Of a DNA stretch of 64,000 nt, positions 63,571 to 64,000 are shown one piece after another. The stretch comes from Octopus sinensis (taxonomy: Eukaryota), in the NCBI RefSeq assembly GCF_006345805.1, contig NW_021835998.1, forward strand, positions 62,001 through 126,000. Reading direction: 5' to 3'. Each line of letters begins with the position of its first letter. Positions within the stretch are counted from its first letter, which is position 1. Made by a program: the position numbers and the translations under genes. The notes under the pieces were generated by a model. It searched no databases and was not told the DNA's origin. It was given only the letters and a program-made list of their open reading frames with translations.

Positions 63571-63987
63571 ATGTTCTTAGACGCAGTTTTATTCAAATGT
63601 CTTTTTTATCCATTTGACCAGGACATCAATTCCTGTTGGGACCACTTAGTCGCCGTTGGGGAAAACGCGGAAATGTATTGGGAGAATATGATACGTTATT
63701 TCGACAATTATGAAAATGTGGAGGTTAGGAAAGTATTGGGAAAGAGGGTAGAGTTGTGTCAGAAAAATGCACATATTGAGAAGCAGAATTGTGAATTACA
63801 AGGATTTGTCAAAAAATATTTCAATTCGGATAGTAAAAAATTATTGGATATTTTTTCCAGAATGACAATTTCTAATGTTTATCCTACTAAATTCCTTCGA
63901 AACCTCAGAAATCATCAGCAAGACCGTGACTTAACTCCTCACGTGGGAAATTTCCTAAAAAACAAACGACCGGAAAAGACGAGCTGA
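63571..63987 (+). CDS. Hypothetical protein (138-aa open frame, possibly with an upstream exon)
   Basis: Long stop-free frame in AT-rich DNA; no family recognised. Confidence 0.3.
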   Translation: MFLDAVLFKCLFYPFDQDINSCWDHLVAVGENAEMYWENMIRYFDNYENVEVRKVLGKRVELCQKNAHIEKQNCELQGFVKKYFNSDSKKLLDIFSRMTISNVYPTKFLRNLRNHQQDRDLTPHVGNFLKNKRPEKTS

Positions 63988-64000
63988 CTCTTTCAACAAA

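Noticed and set aside
1-64000. Prokaryotic, viral or microsporidian origin of the window
   Set aside because: Abundant spliceosomal introns in ordinary genes, an SLC25 mitochondrial carrier and an axonemal dynein indicate a ciliated eukaryote.

Overview
AT-rich eukaryotic (animal-like) nuclear DNA in which transposon debris surrounds a few compact genes. Almost all introns are ultra-short (22-32 nt, nearly all GT-AG). Recognisable genes: mitochondrial dicarboxylate carrier (SLC25A10-like), glutaredoxin, PCF11, ERCC6L/PICH, DPH7, plus an orphan signal-peptide protein. Two decayed, intron-retaining host-gene fragments are present: the C-terminus of an axonemal dynein heavy chain and a SAPS/PPP6R-like piece. 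Miniature introns together with axonemal dynein suggest a dicyemid mesozoan (inference, not verified). Mobile elements include R4/Dong-like and CRE-like REL-endonuclease non-LTR retrotransposons (two CRE copies with a PHD finger), APE-type LINE fragments and a tRNA-headed SINE candidate. DNA transposons include hAT, Tc1, pogo/Tigger, Merlin, integrase-type (Ginger-like) elements and MITEs, many with readable TIRs and TSDs. The most unusual observations are: a TTAGGG/TCAGGG array inside a Tigger element; host-style 22-24 nt introns inside integrase-type transposases; an apparent GT-TG intron; PHD-bearing CRE elements with a mini two-ended derivative; and strongly C:G->T:A-biased decay of a gene fragment. 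No rRNA, CRISPR array or prokaryotic operon was found. All calls come from manual reading and recalled family motifs; no database search was run.
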